A stretch of DNA of 60,155 nucleotides from an uncultured Pelagibacteraceae bacterium (GTDB taxonomy: Bacteria > Pseudomonadota > Alphaproteobacteria > Pelagibacterales > Pelagibacteraceae), in NCBI GenBank assembly GCA_902553695.1, contig CACDLR010000001.1, positions 1 through 60,155 of the forward strand. Reading direction: 5' to 3'. The position numbers and the translations under genes were made by a program. Of the stretch, positions 1-8,748 are shown one piece after another. Each line of letters starts with the position of its first letter. Position 1 is the first letter of the stretch. The notes under the pieces are model-generated. The model was not told the DNA's origin and did not search any database. It saw nothing but the letters and a program-made list of their open reading frames with translations.

Positions 1-1
1 A

Positions 2-169
2 TTAATTTTTACTTTCATTTTTTTTTCGAGCTGTAGTAATCAAGTTTCAAATTTTAATGATACGGAACTAGACATTGATATATATAATAGTGAAATGACA
101 TATGAAAAATTTAAAAAAACTGTTATTGATTATGCAGATAATTCATCTTATCCAAGTTTAACAAATTAA
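2..169 (+). CDS. Small putative lipoprotein, 5' end outside the window
   Basis: Open frame LIFTFIFFSSCSNQ...YPSLTN* with a hydrophobic stretch and lipobox-like SSC; its TAA overlaps the hom ATG. Confidence 0.6.
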   Translation, partial: LIFTFIFFSSCSNQVSNFNDTELDIDIYNSEMTYEKFKKTVIDYADNSSYPSLTN

Positions 170-1461
170 TGATTAATAAAAAAATAAATATTGCTGTTGT
201 GGGACTAGGTCAAGTAGGAAACTATTTGCTCAACGAATTAAATACTAAAAAAAAAGATATAGAACTCAAAACTGGAAAAAAAATCGATGTTGTTGCAATT
301 TCTGCAAAAAACAAAAATAAAAAAAGAAAATTTAAAATAAACAAATCTATTTTTTTTAAAAATCCAATGGACATTCTTAAAAATAAAAAAATAAATATTC
401 TTTTTGAAGTAATTGGTCAAAGCGATGGGATTTCAAAAAAAATTGTAGAAACAGCATTAAAAAATAAAATTCATGTTGTCACTCCTAATAAAGCCTTAAT
501 AGCTAAGCATGGTGATTATTTATCTAAATTAGCTGAAAAAAATAAAGTAAATTTAGAATTTGAAGCATCTGTTGCAGGCGGTATACCAATATTAAGAACT
601 ATTAAAGAGGGTCTGGCTACAAATAAATTGTTTAAAGTTTACGGAATATTAAATGGAACCTGTAATTATATTTTATCGGAAATGGAAAAAACAAAAGACA
701 ACTTTAAAAATGTTCTAAAAAAAGCCCAATCATTAGGTTATGCAGAACCAGGCAATCCAAAACTTGATTTAAATGGTTATGACGCATTTGCTAAAATTAG
801 AATATTATCCTCTTTAGCTTTTAATAAAAAAATATCTAAAAATAAATGTTTAATGGAAGGAATTGAAAACATAGAATATAAAGACATTGAAATTGCATCC
901 CAATTAAACTTCAGAATTAAACTTCTAGGTATTACAGAAATAATTAATGGAAAGTTATTTGAAAGAGTGCACCCATCATTAGTTAACAAAGATAGCTACA
1001 TTGGAAATGTAAATGGAGTAATGAATGCAGTTATTGTAGAGGGTAAACCAATAGGTGAGAGTATTTTACAAGGTGAGGGTGCAGGTCCTGGAGCTACTTC
1101 ATCTGCCCTTATGTCAGATCTATTGTCCATTTTAAGAGGAAATATTAAATTTCCCTTTGGTATACCTGATATTAAAAGAAAAAAACCTTATGCGTATAAT
1201 GAAAAAATATCATCAAATTCTTTATATTTAAGGCTTGAGGTAAAGGACAAACCTGGTGTCTTATCTGAAATTACTAAACTTCTTGCTAATAATAAAATTT
1301 CCATTGAAAGAGTTATTCAAATTCCAAATCATAAAAGAAAATCTGCATCAATTATAATAATCACACATAAAGCTTTAGAAAATAGATCTCAAAATTTAAT
1401 TAGCTTTCTTAAAAAAAATAATAATGTACTTAAAACACCAGTTTTAATTAGACTTTTTTAA
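169..1461 (+). CDS. hom: Homoserine dehydrogenase
   Basis: GLGQVG Rossmann motif, FEASVAGGIP, GILNGTCNYIL, GAGPGATSSA, C-terminal ACT domain (DKPGVL). Confidence 0.96.
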   Translation: MINKKINIAVVGLGQVGNYLLNELNTKKKDIELKTGKKIDVVAISAKNKNKKRKFKINKSIFFKNPMDILKNKKINILFEVIGQSDGISKKIVETALKNKIHVVTPNKALIAKHGDYLSKLAEKNKVNLEFEASVAGGIPILRTIKEGLATNKLFKVYGILNGTCNYILSEMEKTKDNFKNVLKKAQSLGYAEPGNPKLDLNGYDAFAKIRILSSLAFNKKISKNKCLMEGIENIEYKDIEIASQLNFRIKLLGITEIINGKLFERVHPSLVNKDSYIGNVNGVMNAVIVEGKPIGESILQGEGAGPGATSSALMSDLLSILRGNIKFPFGIPDIKRKKPYAYNEKISSNSLYLRLEVKDKPGVLSEITKLLANNKISIERVIQIPNHKRKSASIIIITHKALENRSQNLISFLKKNNNVLKTPVLIRLF

Positions 1462-2363
1462 TGGAAATATACATAAAGCTTTTTGAAGTATTATTTCCTG
1501 TTTTTTTTGTTGTAGGTATTGGATATTATTTGGGTAGAAAAAATCCAAAAATAGACACTACATTTATCACTAATTTTGCTGCTAACATAGGCACTCCTTC
1601 GATGATTGTTTATGCTGTAACTTCGACAGGTATTACGTTTGATATTTTTGCAAATTATTTTTGGTATTATTTATTAGCAATTATATTATTTTCTATAGTA
1701 GGTATAATCACTCTATATATTCTTAAAACTAAGGATATTGTTAGAGAGTTACCACCATTAATTCTCCCAAATACTGGAAATATGGGTTTACCAATTTGTT
1801 TATTTGCATACGGTTCACAAGGTCTTGGTGTTTCTGCAGCAATTTCATCTTTGATAATTTTATTCCATTTTACATTGGGTGTTTTTTTGGCTGATAGAAA
1901 GTTTAATTTTAAAGTAATAACTAAAAATCCTCCATTTTATGCAATTATTTTTTCTGCAATTGTTTTATTTTATGAAATTAAACTTCCTAACTTTATAATA
2001 AATACAACTGAATGGTTAATGTATGCAACAATATTTTTAATTTTAATGTCACTAGGTATTGCTCTAACTAGATTAAAAGTATTCTCTTTAAATAAAGCAA
2101 TTGTTTCTTCAATTTCTAGAATGATTATTGGTCCAATAATAGGTGTTTATTTAATTTATTTTTTTAATTTAAGTGGTTTTGCTGCAGGTGTACTTCTAAT
2201 TCAATGTTCGATGCCGAGTGCTGTTCTAAATTATTTAGTGGCTTCTATATATTCGCCAAAAAAAATTGTAGACTCAGTTGCTAGCACAATAGTGGTTTCT
2301 ACTTTAATGTCCTTTATTACAGTTCCTATAATTGTATTTATTGCTTTAAAATATTTTTCTTAA
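1461..2363 (+). CDS. AEC (auxin efflux carrier/malate permease) family transporter
   Basis: Polytopic membrane protein with NTGNMGLP and SMPSAV motifs. Confidence 0.88.
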   Translation: MEIYIKLFEVLFPVFFVVGIGYYLGRKNPKIDTTFITNFAANIGTPSMIVYAVTSTGITFDIFANYFWYYLLAIILFSIVGIITLYILKTKDIVRELPPLILPNTGNMGLPICLFAYGSQGLGVSAAISSLIILFHFTLGVFLADRKFNFKVITKNPPFYAIIFSAIVLFYEIKLPNFIINTTEWLMYATIFLILMSLGIALTRLKVFSLNKAIVSSISRMIIGPIIGVYLIYFFNLSGFAAGVLLIQCSMPSAVLNYLVASIYSPKKIVDSVASTIVVSTLMSFITVPIIVFIALKYFS

Positions 2364-3211
2364 TGAAGGCAATATTTTTAAATATATCTGCTTGGATAAT
2401 GCTTCCCTTTATGGATGCTATTGCTAAATATTTATCCTCTGAACTACCTTTTTTTCAAATAACATGGGCAAGATACTTCTTTACAGTATTCCTTGTATTT
2501 CCATTTATGTTTTTCTTTTTTAAAGATCAACTTAAATGGACAGAAAATCCAAAATTACAATTTTATAGAGGGTTAACATTATTTTTTGCAAATATTTGTT
2601 TTTTTTATTCAATCTCAATAATATCTATGGCTAAAGCTTTGACATTAGCTTTCGTAGCTCCTTTAATAACAACAATTTTGTCACCTTTTTTCTTAGGAGA
2701 AAAGGTTGGGATTAGAAGATGGTCAGCAGTTATTGTAGGCTTCGTGGGTATACTAATAGTTATTAGACCTGGGTTTATTGAATTTAATTTAGCCAGTTTT
2801 GCAGCTGTAGGCACTGGTTGTTTTTATGGTATATATTTAATTATTACTCGAAAACTACATTCAACTGACAGTCCTTTGCTTACTTTGTTGTTGACTGGCA
2901 TAGTAGGGGCCATAATTGGATCATTTATAGTACCTGTTGTTTGGATTAATCCTACTTTAATACAATGGTCTTGGCTTATAATTATGGGTTTATTTGCTTG
3001 TTTAGGTCATATTTTACTCATTTATTCGTTAAAATATGCTGATGCTTCTAAATTAGCTCCATTTGGTTACATTGAGATACTTCCTAACATTATTTTAGGC
3101 TATTATTTTTTTAATGATTTTCTAGATTTATGGTCTTTTATTGGATTGTTTATAATCATTTCTTCTGGTCTATATGTAATTAGAAGAGAATATATTAATA
3201 AGAATAAGTAA
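2363..3211 (+). CDS. DMT/EamA family transporter
   Basis: About 10 TM segments; FLGEKVGIRRW, IRPG and ASKLAPF motifs. Confidence 0.9.
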   Translation: MKAIFLNISAWIMLPFMDAIAKYLSSELPFFQITWARYFFTVFLVFPFMFFFFKDQLKWTENPKLQFYRGLTLFFANICFFYSISIISMAKALTLAFVAPLITTILSPFFLGEKVGIRRWSAVIVGFVGILIVIRPGFIEFNLASFAAVGTGCFYGIYLIITRKLHSTDSPLLTLLLTGIVGAIIGSFIVPVVWINPTLIQWSWLIIMGLFACLGHILLIYSLKYADASKLAPFGYIEILPNIILGYYFFNDFLDLWSFIGLFIIISSGLYVIRREYINKNK

Positions 3212-3321
3212 ATATATTTGTACTATATATTAAGTTTTTACTTTAATTAATATATATAAAGCATTGTAATTATTGAATATTTTAATCTAATAAAGATCAT
3301 TAATATAATACCGAAAAATTC

Positions 3322-3652
3322 ATGTATTTTAATAAATTTTTTGAAATAAATAAGCAAAATAAAGGTTTTAAAAGAATTTTAAAATTTAACTGAAATTTGC
3401 TTTATTTGATAACTTAAAAAAATCAAATAATAGTTTAAATTTAGGCAATTAATCAATAATTTTACAATTAATTACAAAGCAAACTCTAAAATATTGGTTA
3501 GCTTTGCGTATATAGAATATAGTGATTAAACGGCCATAGAAGGGGCTTATTCAAGAATTATGTTATTACCAGCTCAACTGATAGGAGAAGATAAAAAATT
3601 AACTCTATTTATAAGGATATTTGAAAAAACTGTTGAAAATAAACAATTCTAA
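3322..3652 (+). pseudogene. Probable decayed gene remnant
   Basis: Protein-like frames broken by stops and a frameshift; final TAA (3650-3652) overlaps the ogt stop in the same 4-bp convergent style as intact gene pairs in this window. Confidence 0.35.
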
Positions 3653-3924
3653 AAGCAAATACCCTCCATTTTAAGAAGTTTCTTTTTTGTTTTAATTCCC
3701 CCGGGGCCTGAATAACCACCTAAACCTCCGTCAGATCTTATTACTCTATGACAAGGAACATTGGGGGCATAAGGGTTTTTTCCGACAGCATTTGCAACAG
3801 CTCTTGCTGCTTTCGGTTTTTTTATAGCTTTTGCTACATCTAGATAAGTCCGAAGTTGACCTTTTGGTATTGTTTTAAGATATTTCCAGACTTTGATTTG
3901 AAATTTAGTACCCTTAAAAGTCAT
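3649..3924 (-). CDS. ogt: Methylated-DNA-protein-cysteine methyltransferase (minimal MGMT, 91 aa)
   Basis: FQIKVW..L.TIP.G, ARAVANA and active-site PCHRV; likely start is ATG 3924 rather than 3987. Confidence 0.92.
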   Translation of the reverse strand: MTFKGTKFQIKVWKYLKTIPKGQLRTYLDVAKAIKKPKAARAVANAVGKNPYAPNVPCHRVIRSDGGLGGYSGPGGIKTKKKLLKMEGICF

Positions 3925-3928
3925 AATG

Positions 3929-3974
3929 AAAAAAAACCCCTGTTTCCTTGCACTTTTTACGGTGCAAAGAACAG
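3929..3974 (-). terminator. Terminator-like hairpin plus U-tract at the 3' end of the candidate RNA
   Basis: Stem 3940-3953/3962-3974 followed on the minus strand by GGG and U8. Confidence 0.5.
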
Positions 3975-4117
3975 TTGTTTTTGGCACGTCGTTTTATGCG
4001 CTACCGCCATGCCCACCACTCTACGATTTTAGCGCTACTCCGCAGAGTTTTCTGCCCCCTGAGCTTGAACCTCTCGGTTTTTCCTCAATTGGCCAGTTAA
4101 GAGTTGCCTCTTAAGTT
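3929..4117 (-). ncRNA. Candidate structured non-coding RNA (about 190 nt)
   Basis: 50% GC over 3937-4110 (hand count) in an AT-rich genome; five hairpins; GCAA and GAGA tetraloops on the minus strand; extended -10 upstream; 3' U-tract. Confidence 0.75.
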
Positions 4118-4124
4118 AAAAAAA

Positions 4125-4133
4125 ACAATATCA
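4125..4133 (-). promoter_or_regulatory. Extended -10 element (TGaTATTGT) of the candidate RNA
   Basis: TGn-TAnnnT lying 7 nt before an A at 4117 that precedes the first hairpin. Confidence 0.4.
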
Positions 4134-4222
4134 AACCTTTTATTTAAATGTAATCACTTAATTGTTGTATTTATTAAGTTTTTAACATATTTGAATAGTG
4201 GGGATAATTTATAATTTGGATT

Positions 4223-4399
4223 TTAGTCCATGAATATTAGACCTAAATAGCTTAATGAGAACAAAATGGCTAAAATCGATAAAAAATAAGTTTCTATTGT
4301 TTTTCCATGCTTTTTGTTTTGAATATAAGTTAATATCCAAAATCCAATAGCACTTAATAAAAATATTATGTCAGGAATTTCTCCATCAATTGTACCCAT
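4223..4399 (-). CDS. Unannotated 58-aa two-TM membrane protein
   Basis: ATG..TAA open frame MGTIDGEIPDIIFLLSAIGFWILTYIQNKKHGKTIETYFLSILAILFSLSYLGLIFMD; below the ORF-track length cutoff. Confidence 0.7.
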   Translation of the reverse strand: MGTIDGEIPDIIFLLSAIGFWILTYIQNKKHGKTIETYFLSILAILFSLSYLGLIFMD

Positions 4400-4417
4400 A
4401 TTTTTTAATTTAAACTA

Positions 4418-4446
4418 TTGACATCTAAAATCACTTAATATATTAC
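4418..4446 (+). promoter_or_regulatory. Sigma70-type promoter of the recombinase
   Basis: Perfect TTGACA, 17-bp spacer, then TATTAC overlapping the palindrome's left arm. Confidence 0.5.
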
Positions 4447-4476
4447 TAGTGATAATTAATTGTTATCGATAGTAAT
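4442..4476. repeat. Palindromic putative recombination site (14-7-14)
   Basis: ATTACTAGTGATAA-ttaattg-TTATCGATAGTAAT; arms match 12/14; ends 3 bp before the recombinase ATG. Confidence 0.7.
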
Positions 4477-4479
4477 TGT

Positions 4480-5433
4480 ATGAGTGAATTAACTACTGAA
4501 CTGAAATCGCTGCATGAGGAAACTTTAAACAACCTCAAAAGCTCTAAAGCAAATAATACCTTAAGAGCCTATAAATCAGATTTTAAAGACTTTGGAGCTT
4601 TTTGTTCAAGACATGGATTAAATTCATTACCATCAGAGCCAAAAATAGTTTCTTTATACCTAACCCACCTCTCAAAAAATTCAAAATTAAGTACACTAAG
4701 ACGTAGATTAGTATCAATAAGCATGATTCATAAATTAAAAGGTCATTATCTAGATACAAAACATCCTATAATAGTAGAAAATTTATTGGGAATAAGAAGG
4801 GTTAAAGGTAGTATTCAAAAAGGTAAAAAACCTTTATTAATCAATAATTTAAAGTCAATTATTAATGTAATAAATGAACAAAAAATTCATGAAATAAAAA
4901 AACTTAGAGACAAATCAATAATTTTAATTGGTTTTGGAGGAGGATTTAGAAGAACTGAACTCATTTCAATTAATCATGAGGATTTAGAATTTGTTCCTGA
5001 AGGACTTAAGATAAGTATTAAAAGATCAAAAACTGACCAATATGGTGAAGGAATGATAAAGGGAATTCCCTATTTTACAAACGAAATTTATTGCCCTGTT
5101 TTAAATCTTAAAAAATGGATAGAAATTTCTAAAATTAAGACTGGACCTATTTTTAGAAGGTTTTCAAAAGGTTTAACATTAACAGATAAAAGATTAACAG
5201 ATCAATCAGTAGTTTTAATAATAAAAGAATATTTAAACTTAGCTGGAATTGAAAATAAAAATTTTTCAGGTCATAGCTTGAGATCTGGATTTGCGACAGT
5301 AGCTGCAGAGTCAGGAGCAGATGAGCGTAGTATTATGGCAATGACAGGACACAAAACTACACAAATGGTTAGAAGATACATAAAAGAAGCCAATATATTT
5401 AAAAATAATGCACTTAATAAGCTTAAGATATAA
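4480..5433 (+). CDS. Cre-like tyrosine site-specific recombinase
   Basis: NTLRAY core-binding domain; intact catalytic set FRRTEL, SKTDQ, GHSLR, TGHK, RRY. Confidence 0.93.
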   Translation: MSELTTELKSLHEETLNNLKSSKANNTLRAYKSDFKDFGAFCSRHGLNSLPSEPKIVSLYLTHLSKNSKLSTLRRRLVSISMIHKLKGHYLDTKHPIIVENLLGIRRVKGSIQKGKKPLLINNLKSIINVINEQKIHEIKKLRDKSIILIGFGGGFRRTELISINHEDLEFVPEGLKISIKRSKTDQYGEGMIKGIPYFTNEIYCPVLNLKKWIEISKIKTGPIFRRFSKGLTLTDKRLTDQSVVLIIKEYLNLAGIENKNFSGHSLRSGFATVAAESGADERSIMAMTGHKTTQMVRRYIKEANIFKNNALNKLKI

Positions 5434-5439
5434 TTATAA

Positions 5440-6276
5440 TTAAATTGTAAAAATTGATTGTATTTTACAAGATAAATAACCAAGTATAAATCCAAGAGTT
5501 ACTTTCGGTTCACTCAAAGGTCCATTAAATCTAGTTTTTGATCTTAAATAATATTTCTTAAAGAACTTAGTTGTAATACCCCATTTTTTTAAAAATGTTC
5601 GGTCTCCCCTATTTTGTGTAAAGTTAGTTTTCTTTCTTGTTGTTACTGATCCAAAATGATAAACTTTAAAATCGTTTAAACCTTTAAATAATCGAACACC
5701 TTCTTTCCATAATTTCATGTTAAAATCTGGGTCTGATGCAATACCAGGATTAAACTCTTCACTGAAACCACCTACCTTATCCCACATTTTTTTAGTAACT
5801 AAATGTGGTGCAAAATGAGAACCTTGATGGTCATAAAAATTAATATTTATATATTTTGAAAGGAACTCATCTTCTCTAAATTTATCATATGTTTCGCCAA
5901 AATTATATTTTATATGACCTGAATTAGGTTCAATCATAGTGCCAGATAGATAGAAGCTATCATGATTTATTGAATTAACTTCATCAATTAAAATTTTATC
6001 CCAATTAGGACAAAAATACATATCATCATGGCAGTATAATAAATATTTAAATGAAGATAATTTAGCTGCTTTATTAATAGAAGAACAAAGACCTATATTA
6101 TTTTTAGATTGAGTATATTTGTATGAAGTATTTTTAATATAATCTACCGTACCATCTGAACCATCATTTATATGTAAAATTAATTCATTTTTTAAAAATG
6201 AGTTTTTTTCTAAGCTTTTAATACAGATTTTTAGATATTCTAAATTGTTATAAGTAGGAATAATAATAGAGATCAT
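5440..6276 (-). CDS. Glycosyltransferase family 2
   Basis: ISIIIPTYN, NDGSDGT, HDD and VGGFSEEF motifs. Confidence 0.9.
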   Translation of the reverse strand: MISIIIPTYNNLEYLKICIKSLEKNSFLKNELILHINDGSDGTVDYIKNTSYKYTQSKNNIGLCSSINKAAKLSSFKYLLYCHDDMYFCPNWDKILIDEVNSINHDSFYLSGTMIEPNSGHIKYNFGETYDKFREDEFLSKYININFYDHQGSHFAPHLVTKKMWDKVGGFSEEFNPGIASDPDFNMKLWKEGVRLFKGLNDFKVYHFGSVTTRKKTNFTQNRGDRTFLKKWGITTKFFKKYYLRSKTRFNGPLSEPKVTLGFILGYLSCKIQSIFTI

Positions 6277-6277
6277 A

Positions 6278-8407
6278 TTATGGTTTATGCCATAAATATT
6301 TTTTATTATTTTTTATCTCAAATGTTTTATTGATTATATAATCAGCAACAATAGTTGAATTAAAATATTTCATATATTTCATTTTACCTTTTTTACCTAT
6401 GGATTTACGTAATCTTTCATCATTGGAAATTCTTTCAATTTTCTCAGATAAATCAGAAACATTTTTATAAAATACCATTTCAGTTTCATCAAAAAAATCA
6501 CTATAAGATGTTTTTTCATCAATTAAAGTCACAAGACCATTTCCAATAATTTGGGTAATTCTATCACTACTATAATATTTTATAGGTGTACCTCTACTTA
6601 AATTTAACCCCATCTTGGAATTTGAAATATTTTTAAAATATTGATCAGCCCAAATTGGTTGAATATTATTCATTCCAAATATATCGAATCTGATATTTTT
6701 ACACTTCTGAACTAGATTTTTTATAAACTTTTCTCTATCGTCAGATGATCGACCTTTCAATTTACCCCGATGTACACCATGACTTAATGCAAAAAACACG
6801 TCATTTGAACAGTCTTTATTAAAATTATTTAATATTTCCATAGATTGATCAGCTGGGTTTGGAATAAAAAAACTTTTATATTTATTTGATAAAAAATTAA
6901 TAGCATCTGGTGATGTTGTTAAAAAACTTGTGTCTAATATTTCCGATTTATCTAATATTCTTTTCTTATTTTTATGATAATCGGGTCCTTCTTTATTTAA
7001 TGGATCCAAGAACCATTGTGTAATTTTCAAATTAGAATAATCTTTCTTTAAACTTAACAATACATCTTTCGAAACCATATCTGCATGACCTAAAACAATC
7101 ATATCGGGTCTAAAATGGTAACATGTTTTAATTAATTTATCATTTAAAGTTGAGGATCCATAAAAATCTCTTAATGATTTACCTCTACTCACAATATCTC
7201 TGTCACTGAATTCTAAAACACTGTGTCCTAATCTAATAAAGCCATTATTAATTCTTCTACCTGTATTAAAAAATAATCTTCCATTATGTCTTTCATTAAA
7301 GTTGGTAATATGAAGTATTCTTAAGTTTGAAGCGTCAATAGATAAATTTGGTTTATATATTTTTAAAAGATTATTTCTTACCTCATCAATTTGTTTTGAA
7401 ACATATTCATGAGATAAATAAAAGTTTTTATATGAGAGAGTTTGATAATTATTACGGATTTTAGAATTATTAATTAATTCTTTTACATTTTTATATATTT
7501 CACTGACACTTAAATTTTTTAAAATTATTCCATTTGTTATGGTTTCAGGTAAGCCACCTTTATTACTTATAATAACAGCGCAACCATTTGCAGCAGCCTC
7601 TAAACTTGTTCTGCCAAATGGTTCTTCCCATCGAGAGCATACAACGGCAATACTAGTTTTTTTATAAATATTAATTACATCGTTGTGTTCTTTAAATCCC
7701 AGTTTAATTAACCTTGGATGATTAAACTCTAATTTATCTCTAGGTTCATCTCCAACAACATAGGCTGACCAATTGTTAAAATTATTTAAAACTTTAATTA
7801 TTGCTTTTCCAAAAAGATCATAACCCTTAGATCTATTTAATTTACCTACAAATGTTATGATATTTTTTTTACTTGCAAAATTTATTTTGTTTTTTGTAGC
7901 AGATTGATTTATTACAAGTAATTTTTCACTGTTAATTGCATCAGATTTCATTTTTTGTAAAAATCTTTTTTTTGACCAATTGCTATTAAATATAATTCTA
8001 TAACAATTATTTAATAAAAAAATTCTTTCATTTATAGTTTTAGAACCAGACATTGAAAGTGGATCATTATGAAAATACAAAATATAATTTTTTTCATTAA
8101 GTTCTTTAACAAGATACTTTAAATATATCGGACGATTATGAAGTTCAATTATTTTCGAATTTGTTTTTTTTTCAATATTTATAAATTTATTTACATAATC
8201 TTTATTTTGACTTTGAAATAATTTCTTTTTTGTAATTATGTTAATATATTTATTTCGAAATTTTTTTTTATAATCAGTATAACCGAATACAGTAATATTT
8301 TTTTTAAATTTACTAAATTTTAAAGTATCATTAATAAATAGCGAAACTGCACCTGCATAAGATGGAGAAAAATTTTCTTTAAATGGAAGAAGTATTGAAA
8401 TTTTCAT
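6278..8407 (-). CDS. Fused two-module GT-B glycosyltransferase (GT4 plus CgeB-like)
   Basis: FVGKL..SKG and EEPFGRTSLEA; second module ending LNLSR..YYSSDRI. Confidence 0.88.
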   Translation of the reverse strand: MKISILLPFKENFSPSYAGAVSLFINDTLKFSKFKKNITVFGYTDYKKKFRNKYINIITKKKLFQSQNKDYVNKFINIEKKTNSKIIELHNRPIYLKYLVKELNEKNYILYFHNDPLSMSGSKTINERIFLLNNCYRIIFNSNWSKKRFLQKMKSDAINSEKLLVINQSATKNKINFASKKNIITFVGKLNRSKGYDLFGKAIIKVLNNFNNWSAYVVGDEPRDKLEFNHPRLIKLGFKEHNDVINIYKKTSIAVVCSRWEEPFGRTSLEAAANGCAVIISNKGGLPETITNGIILKNLSVSEIYKNVKELINNSKIRNNYQTLSYKNFYLSHEYVSKQIDEVRNNLLKIYKPNLSIDASNLRILHITNFNERHNGRLFFNTGRRINNGFIRLGHSVLEFSDRDIVSRGKSLRDFYGSSTLNDKLIKTCYHFRPDMIVLGHADMVSKDVLLSLKKDYSNLKITQWFLDPLNKEGPDYHKNKKRILDKSEILDTSFLTTSPDAINFLSNKYKSFFIPNPADQSMEILNNFNKDCSNDVFFALSHGVHRGKLKGRSSDDREKFIKNLVQKCKNIRFDIFGMNNIQPIWADQYFKNISNSKMGLNLSRGTPIKYYSSDRITQIIGNGLVTLIDEKTSYSDFFDETEMVFYKNVSDLSEKIERISNDERLRKSIGKKGKMKYMKYFNSTIVADYIINKTFEIKNNKKYLWHKP

Positions 8408-8648
8408 TTTTAATTTTTTGTCTAAGTTTATAATTATTTTTTAATAAATATTCATACTTCATTGCTTTAGATTTTGAACTAAATTTTTTAAAAAAAATAA
8501 GCTCCCACCTTCTGCCTCTTGTAAATTTTGCTCCTTTATTAGTATTGTGTAATATTATTCTATTAGTAAGATTATTAGTATATCCAACGTATGATATAAT
8601 TTTGTTTTTTTTATGTTTTGATACAATTAGATATACATAATACGTCAT
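8379..8648 (-). CDS. GIY-YIG nuclease family protein (UPF0213-like)
   Basis: YYVY..SYVGYTNNL..R..HN..KGAKFTRGR. Confidence 0.92.
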   Translation of the reverse strand: MTYYVYLIVSKHKKNKIISYVGYTNNLTNRIILHNTNKGAKFTRGRRWELIFFKKFSSKSKAMKYEYLLKNNYKLRQKIKNENFNTSSI

Positions 8649-8748
8649 TTATATAATTACGATCTTAATCATTATGCTTATATATTATGTTAAAAATTAT
8701 TGTATAAAATTAAATATTTTATTTATTATGGTTTAATTCTTATTTGTT

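Noticed and set aside
3926-4114. 62-aa plus-strand ORF and the 21-codon 5' extension of ogt
   Set aside because: Both are better explained as by-products of the GC-rich structured element; neither has protein-like features
3929-4117. RNase P, tmRNA, SRP or 6S identity for the RNA
   Set aside because: GAGGAAAAACC only partly resembles RNase P GAGGAAAGUCC and the element is too short; no tRNA-like ends or SRP GGAA domain; local hairpins rather than a 6S rod, although 6S is not formally excluded without cmscan
4199-4207. DnaA-box-like TGGGGATAA
   Set aside because: A single one-mismatch box with no cluster; not evidence for an origin
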